The translations under genes were made by a program, and so were the position numbers. DNA of 10,014 nt. Origin: a virus (taxonomy: Duplodnaviria > Heunggongvirae > Uroviricota > Caudoviricetes). This document shows, piece by piece, positions 1 to 6,829 of the stretch; position 1 is the first letter of the stretch; each line of letters opens with the position of its first letter. A model generated the notes under the pieces. That model was given only the letters and a program-made list of their open reading frames with translations. It was not told the DNA's origin and did not search any database. The stretch covers positions 1 through 10,014 of the IMG/VR virus record IMGVR_UViG_3300029107_000029; one strand, 5' to 3'.

Positions 1-1
1 C

Positions 2-2218
2 CGCCATAATGCCGTTGAGGTGAACTGGATTGACCCGGATAACGGCTGGGAGACGGCGACAGAGCTTGTGGAGGACACGCAGGCCATTGCCCGTTACGGT
101 CGTAACGTCACGAAGATGGATGCCTTTGGCTGTACCAGCCGGGGACAGGCGCACCGCGCCGGGCTGTGGCTGATTAAAACGGAACTGCTGGAAACGCAGA
201 CCGTGGACTTCAGCGTGGGGGCGGAAGGGCTTCGCCATGTACCGGGTGATGTCATTGAAATCTGTGATGATGACTATGCGGGGATCAGCATCGGCGGGCG
301 CGTGCTGGCGGTGAACAGCCAGACCCGGACACTGACGCTCGACCGTGAAATCACGCTGCCATCCTCCGGCACCACGCTGATAAGCCTGGTTGACGGGCAG
401 GGGAATCCGGTCAGCGTGGAGGTCCAGTCCGTCACCGACGGCGTGAAGGTGAAAGTGAGCCGTGTTCCTGACGGCGTTGCTGAATACAGCGTGTGGGGGC
501 TGAAGCTGCCGACGCTGCGCCAGCGCCTGTTCCGCTGTGTGAGTATCCGTGAGAACGACGACGACACGTATGCCATCACCGCCGTGCAGCATGTACCGGA
601 AAAAGAGGCCATCGTGGATAACGGGGCGCACTTTGACGGCGACCAGAGCGGCACGATGAATGGTGTCACGCCGCCAGCGGTGCAGCACCTGACTGCCGAA
701 GTCACCGCAGACAGCGGGGAATATCAGGTGCTGGCGCGATGGGACACGCCGAAGGTGGTGAAGGGCGTGAGCTTCCTGCTCCGTCTGACCGTGACAGCGG
801 ATGACGGCAGTGAGCGGCTGGTCAGCACTGCCAGGACGACGGAAACCACATACCGCTTCACACAACTGGCGTTGGGGAACTACAGGCTGACAGTCCGGGC
901 GGTAAATGCGTGGGGGCAGCAGGGCGATCCGGCATCGGTATCGTTCCGGATTGCCGCACCGGCAGCACCGTCGAGGATTGATCTGACGCCGGGCTATTTT
1001 CAGATAACCGCAACGCCGCATCTTGCCGTTTATGACCCGACGGTACAGTTTGAATTCTGGTTCTCGGAAAAGCGGATTGCGGATATCAGGCAGGTTGAAA
1101 CCACAGCCCGCTATCTTGGCACGGCGCTGTACTGGATAGCTGCCAGTATCAATATTAAGCCGGGCCATGATTATTATTTTTATATCCGCAGTGTGAATAC
1201 TGTTGGCAAATCGGCATTCGTGGAGGCTGTCGGTCAGGCGAGCGATGATGCTTCCGGCTATCTGGATTTTTTCAAAGGCCAGATAACTGAATCCCATCTC
1301 GGCAAGGAGCTGCTGGAAAAAGTCGAGCTGACGGAGGATAACGCCAGCAAACTGGAGGAGTTTTCGAAAGAGTGGAAAGATGCCAACGATAAATGGAATG
1401 CCATGTGGGGCGTCAAAATTGAGCAGACCGAAGACGGCAGGCATTATGTCGCGGGGCTTGGCCTCAGCATGGAGGATACGGAGGAAGGTAAACTGAGCCA
1501 GTTCCTAGTTGCCGCTAACCGTATCGCGTTTATTGACCCGGCAAACGGGAATGAAACGCCGATGTTTGTGGCGCAGGGCAACCAGATATTCATGAACGAA
1601 GTGTTCCTGAAGTATCTGACGGCGCCAACCATTACCAGCGGCGGTAATCCTCCGGTATTTTCCCTGACACCGGACGGGCGGCTGACGGCGAAAAATGCCG
1701 ATATCAGCGGTAACGTGAATGCGAACTCCGGGACGCTCAACAATGTCACGATTAACCAGAACTGTCGGATTCTGGGAAAACTGTCTGCCAACCAGATTGA
1801 AGGTGATATTGTCAAAACGGTGGGAAAAGCCTTTCCGAGAAATGGCAGTTATGCCAGCGGTACAATAACGGTCACTGTGTACGATGACCAGGCTTTTGAC
1901 CGTCAGATAGTAATCCCACCCGTTCTGTTTCGCGGTGGTAAGCATGAAAACTTCAACAGCAACAACCAACAGTCATACTGGTATTCAACCTGTAAGCTGC
2001 AGGTGTTGAAGAACGGACAGGAAATCTTTCAGCAACCCGCGACGGATGTCAGCAGGGTATTTTCATCAGTCATTGATATGCCTGCCGGACACGGCCATGT
2101 CACCCTGACTTTCAATGTTTCTTCATATGGTGCTAATAACTGGACGCCAACGACCAGTATCAGCGACCTTCTTGTTGTTGTGATGAAGAAATCTACAGCT
2201 GGTATCAGTATCAGTTGA
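2..2218 (+). CDS. J: Tail tip / host-specificity protein J (lambda gpJ family), 3' portion; the 5' end lies upstream of the window
   Basis: The reading frame is open from the window edge (frame 2, no stop before 2216-2218); the GTG at 20 is only the first in-frame start-like codon, not the true start. The translation matches my recollection of lambda gpJ over long stretches (e.g. ...[30 protein letters not shown]..., ...[25 protein letters not shown]..., ...[35 protein letters not shown]...). The last ~150 residues diverge from what I recall of lambda J. Confidence 0.9.
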   Translation, partial: RHNAVEVNWIDPDNGWETATELVEDTQAIARYGRNVTKMDAFGCTSRGQAHRAGLWLIKTELLETQTVDFSVGAEGLRHVPGDVIEICDDDYAGISIGGRVLAVNSQTRTLTLDREITLPSSGTTLISLVDGQGNPVSVEVQSVTDGVKVKVSRVPDGVAEYSVWGLKLPTLRQRLFRCVSIRENDDDTYAITAVQHVPEKEAIVDNGAHFDGDQSGTMNGVTPPAVQHLTAEVTADSGEYQVLARWDTPKVVKGVSFLLRLTVTADDGSERLVSTARTTETTYRFTQLALGNYRLTVRAVNAWGQQGDPASVSFRIAAPAAPSRIDLTPGYFQITATPHLAVYDPTVQFEFWFSEKRIADIRQVETTARYLGTALYWIAASINIKPGHDYYFYIRSVNTVGKSAFVEAVGQASDDASGYLDFFKGQITESHLGKELLEKVELTEDNASKLEEFSKEWKDANDKWNAMWGVKIEQTEDGRHYVAGLGLSMEDTEEGKLSQFLVAANRIAFIDPANGNETPMFVAQGNQIFMNEVFLKYLTAPTITSGGNPPVFSLTPDGRLTAKNADISGNVNANSGTLNNVTINQNCRILGKLSANQIEGDIVKTVGKAFPRNGSYASGTITVTVYDDQAFDRQIVIPPVLFRGGKHENFNSNNQQSYWYSTCKLQVLKNGQEIFQQPATDVSRVFSSVIDMPAGHGHVTLTFNVSSYGANNWTPTTSISDLLVVVMKKSTAGISIS

Positions 2219-2236
2219 ATTTTATAACCCAGATAC

Positions 2237-2261
2237 GGGCGCCAGAAATGGCGCCTTTTTT
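2237..2261 (+). terminator. Putative rho-independent terminator downstream of J
   Basis: GC-rich hairpin gggcgcc (2237-2243) / ggcgcc (2250-2255) with a 6-nt loop agaaat, followed directly by a run of six T (2256-2261). Confidence 0.5.
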
Positions 2262-2285
2262 ATTGCAGAAAAGCGAGAGGTAATT

Positions 2286-2885
2286 ATGCGTAAATTATGT
2301 GCTGTTATTCTGTCTGCAGTAGTCTGGCTGGTCGCCGCTGGTACGCCAGCGAGTGCAGCAGAGCATCAGTCCACACTAAGCGGCGGGTATCTTCAGTCCC
2401 ATACTGATATGCCCGGAAACGATGACCTGAAGGGCATTAACGTGAAATACCGTTATGAATTTACGGACACGCTGGGGCTGGTGACGTCATTCAGCTATGC
2501 AGGAAACAAGAATCGCCAGATTACCCGTTACAGCGATACCCGCTGGCATGAAGATTCAGCGCATAACCGCTGGTTCAGCGTGATGGCGGGGCCGTCTGTA
2601 CGCGTGAATGAATGGTTCAGTGCTTATGCGATGGCGGGTGTGGCTTACAGTCGTGTTTCGACGTTCTCCGGGGATTATCTCCGCGTAACTGACAACAAGG
2701 GGAAAACGCACGATGTGCTGACCGGAAGTGATGGCGGTCGCCACAGCAACACGTCTCTGGCGTGGGGGGCTGGCGTGCAGTTTAACCCGACCGAATCCGT
2801 GGCCATTGACCTTGCTTATGAAGGTTCCGGCAGTGGCGACTGGCGCACTGACGGTTTCATCGTTGGTGTCGGTTATAAATTCTGA
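2286..2885 (+). CDS. lom: Lom outer-membrane beta-barrel protein (Ail/Lom/PagC/Rck family), 199 aa
   Basis: ATG at 2286 preceded by GAGG (2277-2280). N-terminal signal peptide ending ...TPASA/AEHQ. Strong similarity to recalled lambda Lom, especially the C-terminus ...[23 protein letters not shown] and [14 protein letters not shown]. Position directly after J is as in lambda. Confidence 0.9.
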   Translation: MRKLCAVILSAVVWLVAAGTPASAAEHQSTLSGGYLQSHTDMPGNDDLKGINVKYRYEFTDTLGLVTSFSYAGNKNRQITRYSDTRWHEDSAHNRWFSVMAGPSVRVNEWFSAYAMAGVAYSRVSTFSGDYLRVTDNKGKTHDVLTGSDGGRHSNTSLAWGAGVQFNPTESVAIDLAYEGSGSGDWRTDGFIVGVGYKF

Positions 2886-2912
2886 TTAGCCAGGTAACAC
2901 AGTGTTATGACA

Positions 2913-2938
2913 GCCCGCCGGTTCAGGCGGGCTTTTTT
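2913..2938 (+). terminator. Rho-independent terminator downstream of lom
   Basis: Hairpin gcccgcc (2913-2919) / ggcgggc (2926-2932) with loop ggttca, followed by six T (2933-2938). Confidence 0.6.
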
Positions 2939-2949
2939 GTGGAGTGGAT

Positions 2950-5307
2950 ATGGCAGCAGTAAAAATCTCAGGTGTGCTGAAAGATGGTGCGGGAAAACCA
3001 ATACAGAACTGCACTATTCAACTGAAGGCAAAGCGTAACAGCACCACGGTACTGGTGAACACGGTGGCCTCTGAAAATCCGGATGAAGCCGGGCGTTACA
3101 GCATGGATGTTGAGTATGGCCAGTACAGCGTCATCCTGCTGGTTGAAGGTTTTCCGCCTTCACATGCCGGGACCATTACCGTCTATGAAGGCTCCAGACC
3201 AGGTACGCTGAATGATTTTCTCGGCGCCATGACGGAAGATGATGTCATGCCGGAGGCATTGCGTCGTTTTGAGGAAATGGTGGAAGAAGCGGCACGCAAC
3301 GCTGAAGCCGCCTCTCAGAGCGCAGCGGCGGCAAAGAAATCCGAAACTGCAGCGGCATCATCGAAGAACGCGGCGAAAACCTCAGAAACGAATGCAGCTA
3401 ACAGCGCACAGGCGGCAGCGGCCTCGCAGACTGCATCGGCAAATTCCGCGACAGCAGCTAAAAAATCAGAAACCAACGCGAAAAATAGCGAGACAGCAGC
3501 AAAGACGAGCGAAACCAACGCAAAGTCCAGCCAGACGGCAGCGAAAACCAGCGAAACGAATGCTAAAGCCAGTGAAACTGCGGCGAAAAATAGCCAGAAT
3601 GCAGCAGCCGAAAGCGAGAGCGCGGCAGCCGGTTCTGCGACTTCAGCAGCTGGATCAGCAACTGCTGCGGCTAACAGCCAGAAAGCAGCGAAGACGAGCG
3701 AAACTAACGCAAAGTCCAGCCAGACGGCAGCGAAGACCAGCGAAACGAATGCCAAAGCCAGCGAAACTGCGGCGAAAAACAGTCAGGATGCAGCAGCCCA
3801 AAGCGAGAGTGCCGCAGCTGGTTCTGCAACAGCGGCAGCTAATAGCCAAAAAGCTGCAAAAACCAGTGAAACTAACGCAAAGACGAGTGAAACAAAAGCA
3901 GCAGCCAGCGAGACAGAAGCAACGTCAGCCGCAACAAGAGCAGAGAATGCAGCCCGGATTGCAGAAGATGCCGCTGATCCTGCTTCTGTCCCTCCGCTTC
4001 CTGATATCTGGCTACCCTTGAATGATTCTCTGGAAGCGATAACAGGGTATGCGCCGGGCTATAAAACAATAACCATCGGCAGTGATGAAATAACAATGCC
4101 TGTTAATGGCATATGCCAATTTAGCCGGGCTTCATCAGCAACGTATATTGATAAGTCCGGGCATATTACCGTAGCAGGTAATAACGTTCCTCGTTTTGAA
4201 AAATATGGTTTGCTGATAGAGAATCAGCGAACAAACATGTTCGTAAATAGTTTTAATCCTGATGCCTGGAATAAAAGCGGTGGTATATCTGTAACATCAT
4301 CAACAGATGAATTTGAGTTTAAATATGGACGTTTCACAGTAGGAAGCGATATAGCAGGAACGACAACAGGGAGAAATATATGCACAGTTGCTGGTAATAA
4401 AGGCATAGATGTGACTGGCGATGATCAGTACAGTAAAGGTCCGTATGTTACCGCGTCGTTCAGGGTAAGAAGTGATCTCAATGTTCGCGCACGTATCCGT
4501 TTTGAACGGTATAACTCGGAAGGATACACTTTCCTTTGTGACGCCTATTTGTCATTACAGACTCATGAACTACAAATTACGGGTGGTAATGCCCAGCTAT
4601 TAACAGCAAACTTTGAAATCGACCCTGGTAGTGGATGGATATATTTTCAGGCAACACTGAAATGTCTGCCAGAATGGGGAATGGTTGGTACGCAGCTGCA
4701 AATTGCAGCCGACAGAGCTGTGGGGTCTTTTGCAACAGGTGACTGGATAGAAGTAACCACCCCGCAATTCGAGTATGGTGCTTGTGCAACTTCCTTTATC
4801 ATAACGACAACAGAGCCAGCGACTCGTGCATCAGATTTATGTAAATTTCCGCTGATGAAAAATATGTATACCATGCCTTTTACGTTCATGGTGGAAGTCC
4901 ATAAAAACTGGTTTATTTCTCATAATGCTGCACCGCGTGTCATTGATTCAGAAAATCACCAGTCCGGAGGCCCATTTATTATGGGGTTTGGTTCTTCTGG
5001 AACTATCAGTCAGGATGGTTATTCGTATTGCGATATAGGCGGGGCTAACCGGCGTGTATATGAGTCATGCGGAGTAAGAGATCTCGTTATGGGATTCAGG
5101 GTTAAGGCTGACGGCATGACATGTTCATTTGCAAATAAGAATATAAGCACTGAAACCAAAACAGTATGGAAATATATTCGTGAAGCAGCCGTGATTCGTA
5201 TCGGGGGGCAAACGACGACAGGATTACGACACCTTAATGGTCATATAAAAAACCTCCGTTTCTGGAACAGAGCATTGTCAGATACGCAGCTTAAGGAATA
5301 CGTATAA
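2950..5307 (+). CDS. stf: Side tail fibre protein (Stf-like), 785 aa: lambda-like N-terminus and Ala/Ser/Thr/Lys-rich repeat shaft, with a non-lambda C-terminal half ending in a LamG/concanavalin-A-like signature
   Basis: Preferred start is ATG 2950 with GGAG at 2941-2944 (5-nt spacer); the GTG at 2944 in the ORF track has no Shine-Dalgarno. N-terminus MAVKISGVLKDGAGKPIQNCTIQLKAKRNSTTV...GRYSMDVEYGQYSVIL...FPPSHAGTITVYE matches recalled lambda Stf. The C-terminal ~450 aa do not resemble lambda Stf; the extreme C-terminus GLRHLNGHIKNLRFWNRALSDTQLKEY fits the characteristic end of LamG_3/concanavalin-like lectin domains (...G.ID.vRiynRALSaeEI...). Confidence 0.85.
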   Translation: MAAVKISGVLKDGAGKPIQNCTIQLKAKRNSTTVLVNTVASENPDEAGRYSMDVEYGQYSVILLVEGFPPSHAGTITVYEGSRPGTLNDFLGAMTEDDVMPEALRRFEEMVEEAARNAEAASQSAAAAKKSETAAASSKNAAKTSETNAANSAQAAAASQTASANSATAAKKSETNAKNSETAAKTSETNAKSSQTAAKTSETNAKASETAAKNSQNAAAESESAAAGSATSAAGSATAAANSQKAAKTSETNAKSSQTAAKTSETNAKASETAAKNSQDAAAQSESAAAGSATAAANSQKAAKTSETNAKTSETKAAASETEATSAATRAENAARIAEDAADPASVPPLPDIWLPLNDSLEAITGYAPGYKTITIGSDEITMPVNGICQFSRASSATYIDKSGHITVAGNNVPRFEKYGLLIENQRTNMFVNSFNPDAWNKSGGISVTSSTDEFEFKYGRFTVGSDIAGTTTGRNICTVAGNKGIDVTGDDQYSKGPYVTASFRVRSDLNVRARIRFERYNSEGYTFLCDAYLSLQTHELQITGGNAQLLTANFEIDPGSGWIYFQATLKCLPEWGMVGTQLQIAADRAVGSFATGDWIEVTTPQFEYGACATSFIITTTEPATRASDLCKFPLMKNMYTMPFTFMVEVHKNWFISHNAAPRVIDSENHQSGGPFIMGFGSSGTISQDGYSYCDIGGANRRVYESCGVRDLVMGFRVKADGMTCSFANKNISTETKTVWKYIREAAVIRIGGQTTTGLRHLNGHIKNLRFWNRALSDTQLKEYV
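3499..3900 (+). repeat. In-frame tandem repeats inside stf (units of 189 bp and 168 bp, about 90% identical, plus a partial third unit), nested in a shorter SETNAK-type periodicity
   Basis: Direct sequence comparison: accaacgcaaagtccagccagacggcagcgaa at 3514 recurs as actaacgcaaagtccagccagacggcagcgaa at 3703 (offset 189 bp = 63 codons) and partially at 3871 (offset 168 bp = 56 codons). Encoded peptide AAKTSETNAKSSQTAAKTSETNAKASETAAKNSQ[N/D]AAA[E/Q]SESAAAGSAT... is repeated. Confidence 0.85.
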
Positions 5308-5576
5308 TGCGGGATATAACATTACGATTCGATAACAGAGAACAGTTTAACGCAATTGTATATGACAGTGGCCTGTTCAGTCTTGAAGAAGAAAATGGGG
5401 TTCTTGTTGATGTTATTGGCTGCATTATTGATTACGAGGAACCAGAAAACGAAAGATGTACAGGCATTGATCGCGGTGGTTTTTTCGTAAACATGAGGAT
5501 TGTTGATGGCAGTAAAAACATATCTTCTTTAATGCCTTTCATTACGACAGATCAGCATGTAAGGACATGGGCTTAA
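5307..5576 (+). CDS. Hypothetical acidic protein, 89 aa, translationally coupled to stf; function unknown (candidate cognate fibre chaperone by position only)
   Basis: Its ATG (5307-5309) overlaps the stf stop TAA (5305-5307) in a TAATG arrangement. No recognisable motif. ORF is intact and co-oriented within a tight operon. Confidence 0.55.
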   Translation: MRDITLRFDNREQFNAIVYDSGLFSLEEENGVLVDVIGCIIDYEEPENERCTGIDRGGFFVNMRIVDGSKNISSLMPFITTDQHVRTWA

Positions 5577-5588
5577 TGGAGTAAGACA

Positions 5589-6293
5589 ATGGTTACAAAA
5601 ACAGTAATTCCAGGAGACATCACCACGTTAAAGGGAGATGTCAGTAAAGCCAAGGAAGATATTTCCTCAATTAACGTAAAAGTATCAACGCTTCAGGCTG
5701 ATATGACCAGTGCAAAGCAGGATATCAGCTCCAGATACACAAAAACTGAAGTTGATAATAAGCTGAAAAACAAACTGGAAGTGAACGATCTGGAAAGTGG
5801 TCGTTATGGTGGAGATTTTTACCCGCTGACTGGCCGTGAAGCGTTTTATTTATGGGGGTTGGGCACGACTACTGCGGCGGCAAACCTTTATCTTAATCCT
5901 GACCCCGCAATTTCGTCTGTGCTGCGGTCAACATCGTCTATCCGCTATAAACATTCAGTAGAGACGATAGATTCGGAGCACGCCGATCTCATTTTCAAGA
6001 TGCGCCCTGTATGGTACAGGTCGCAATGCGAAAATGACAGGCGCGATTGGGGATTCTATGGATTGATTGCCGAGGAAGTAGGAGAAATTGCCCCTCAGTT
6101 TGTTCACTGGCGACCAGCTAACGAAGATGATGCACCGGAAACCATTTCCAGCAATGGCCTTGTTGCCGAAGGTGTAATGTACGAACGTCTGGTTGTTCCA
6201 CTGATTCACCATATCCAGAAGCTGACTGAAAGAGTTGATGAACTTGAGTCAGAATTAAAGTTGTTATTAACTTCCCGAAGCGATATTGGATAA
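5589..6293 (+). CDS. Tail-fibre-like protein, 234 aa: N-terminal coiled-coil-like repeats plus C-terminal peptidase S74 / intramolecular chaperone-like domain
   Basis: ATG 5589 with GGAG at 5578-5581. N-terminal repeats ITTLKGDVSKAKEDISSINVKVSTLQADMTSAKQDISS. C-terminal segment SSIRYK...LIFKMRPVWYR...GLIAEEVGEIAPQFV...GVMYERLVVPLIHHIQKLTERVDELESELKLL fits the recalled S74 'chaperone of endosialidase' pattern (S-x4-K, klrPvtYr, GfIAQEv..P..v, vdY..lv.lli.AiqeL). Confidence 0.7.
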   Translation: MVTKTVIPGDITTLKGDVSKAKEDISSINVKVSTLQADMTSAKQDISSRYTKTEVDNKLKNKLEVNDLESGRYGGDFYPLTGREAFYLWGLGTTTAAANLYLNPDPAISSVLRSTSSIRYKHSVETIDSEHADLIFKMRPVWYRSQCENDRRDWGFYGLIAEEVGEIAPQFVHWRPANEDDAPETISSNGLVAEGVMYERLVVPLIHHIQKLTERVDELESELKLLLTSRSDIG

Positions 6294-6303
6294 AGGAGGA
6301 GTA

Positions 6304-6597
6304 ATGGATATAACACCTTTCCTTCACGCGCTTTGTGCTGTGGCTGCGCAGGTACTGGTTGGTCTTTTTACCGGGAACTGGGCTTACGGAGCGATAGCCG
6401 GTTGTACGTTCTTCATTGCGCGTGAACACACCCAGGCAGAATATCGCTGGATTGAAATGTTCGGGCATGGCAAGCGAATGAATATGCCTTGGTGGGGCGG
6501 TTTTGATCCACGTGCATGGGATGTGGCAAGCCTGATGGATTTTGCTGTGCCGGTGGTGGCGTGTCTGCTGGTCTGGCTGTTGATTAATCGCGGGTGA
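6304..6597 (+). CDS. Small predicted inner-membrane protein, 98 aa, about three hydrophobic segments; function unknown
   Basis: ATG 6304 preceded by AGGAGG (6294-6299); the ORF track's TTG at 6286 overlaps the upstream stop and is less likely. Hydrophobic stretches FLHALCAVAAQVLVGLF, WAYGAIAGCTFFIA and LMDFAVPVVACLLVWLLI. No lipobox or signal-peptidase site recognised. Confidence 0.55.
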   Translation: MDITPFLHALCAVAAQVLVGLFTGNWAYGAIAGCTFFIAREHTQAEYRWIEMFGHGKRMNMPWWGGFDPRAWDVASLMDFAVPVVACLLVWLLINRG

Positions 6598-6606
6598 AAA
6601 AGGTGA

Positions 6607-6735
6607 GCTGTATATGCAACGGAGGGCGAAACCTCGTTGCTGGAAGCCTGGAAGAAGTATCGGGTGTTGCTGAACCGTGTTGATACATCAACTGCACCGG
6701 ATACTGAGTGGCCTCTCATTCCTGCAGCTAATTGA
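6607..6735 (+). pseudogene. tfa: 3' remnant of a tail fibre assembly gene (tfa-like), last ~42 codons, with no start codon
   Basis: Frame-1 translation from 6607 to the TGA at 6733-6735 gives [42 protein letters not shown], which matches my recollection of the conserved C-terminus of lambda-family Tfa (...[29 protein letters not shown]...). It is preceded by in-frame stops at 6595-6597 and 6604-6606 and has no in-frame ATG/GTG with a Shine-Dalgarno. Confidence 0.55.
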
Positions 6736-6753
6736 AAACTAGTTAATTATATT

Positions 6754-6788
6754 CCGCAGCAAATTATACTGGTAATATGCTGCGGTTT
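6754..6788. terminator. Hairpin between the convergent tail-fibre operon and diguanylate cyclase gene; possible weak terminator
   Basis: Inverted repeat ccgcagca (6754-6761) / tgctgcgg (6778-6785) with a 16-nt AT-rich loop, followed on the + strand by ttt. The loop is long and the T-run short, so confidence is low. Confidence 0.3.
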
Positions 6789-6829
6789 AATGATCAGTAA
6801 GTATAATATCGTCTGTTGCCACTAAATAG

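Noticed and set aside
274-1969. Three antisense ORFs inside J (274-705, 1444-1815, 1505-1969, all - strand)
   Set aside because: Fully embedded in the well-supported J frame, with no Shine-Dalgarno and low-complexity translations; typical chance antisense frames in GC-rich coding sequence.
2944-2949. GTG at 2944 as the stf start (as in the ORF track)
   Set aside because: No Shine-Dalgarno upstream. The ATG at 2950 has GGAG at the right spacing and yields the canonical MAVKISG... N-terminus.
3330-3900. Possible CRISPR array suggested by the regular repeats
   Set aside because: The repeats are in-frame coding repeats of a fibre shaft with 56-63-codon units and no unique spacers; there are no cas genes and no short palindromic repeat structure.
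3239-4096. Overlapping ORFs in alternative frames of the stf repeat region (3239-4021 +, 3315-3755 -, 3655-3849 -, 3872-4096 -)
   Set aside because: Artefacts of the repetitive GC-rich shaft sequence, which keeps several frames open; the Arg/Gln/Lys-rich or poly-Ala translations are not credible proteins.
4224-4889. Antisense ORFs within the stf C-terminal region (4224-4406, 4577-4789, 4647-4889, - strand)
   Set aside because: Short, embedded in the stf frame, no ribosome-binding sites.
5955-6719. Antisense ORFs opposite the 234-aa and 98-aa genes (5955-6212, 6118-6468, 6384-6719, - strand)
   Set aside because: Overlap better-supported sense genes with Shine-Dalgarno sequences and recognisable motifs; no independent support.
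6304-6735. Single gene formed by stop-codon read-through from the 98-aa membrane ORF into the tfa remnant
   Set aside because: Two in-frame TGA codons two codons apart make read-through implausible, and the upstream part has no Tfa similarity; the shared frame is most likely coincidence.
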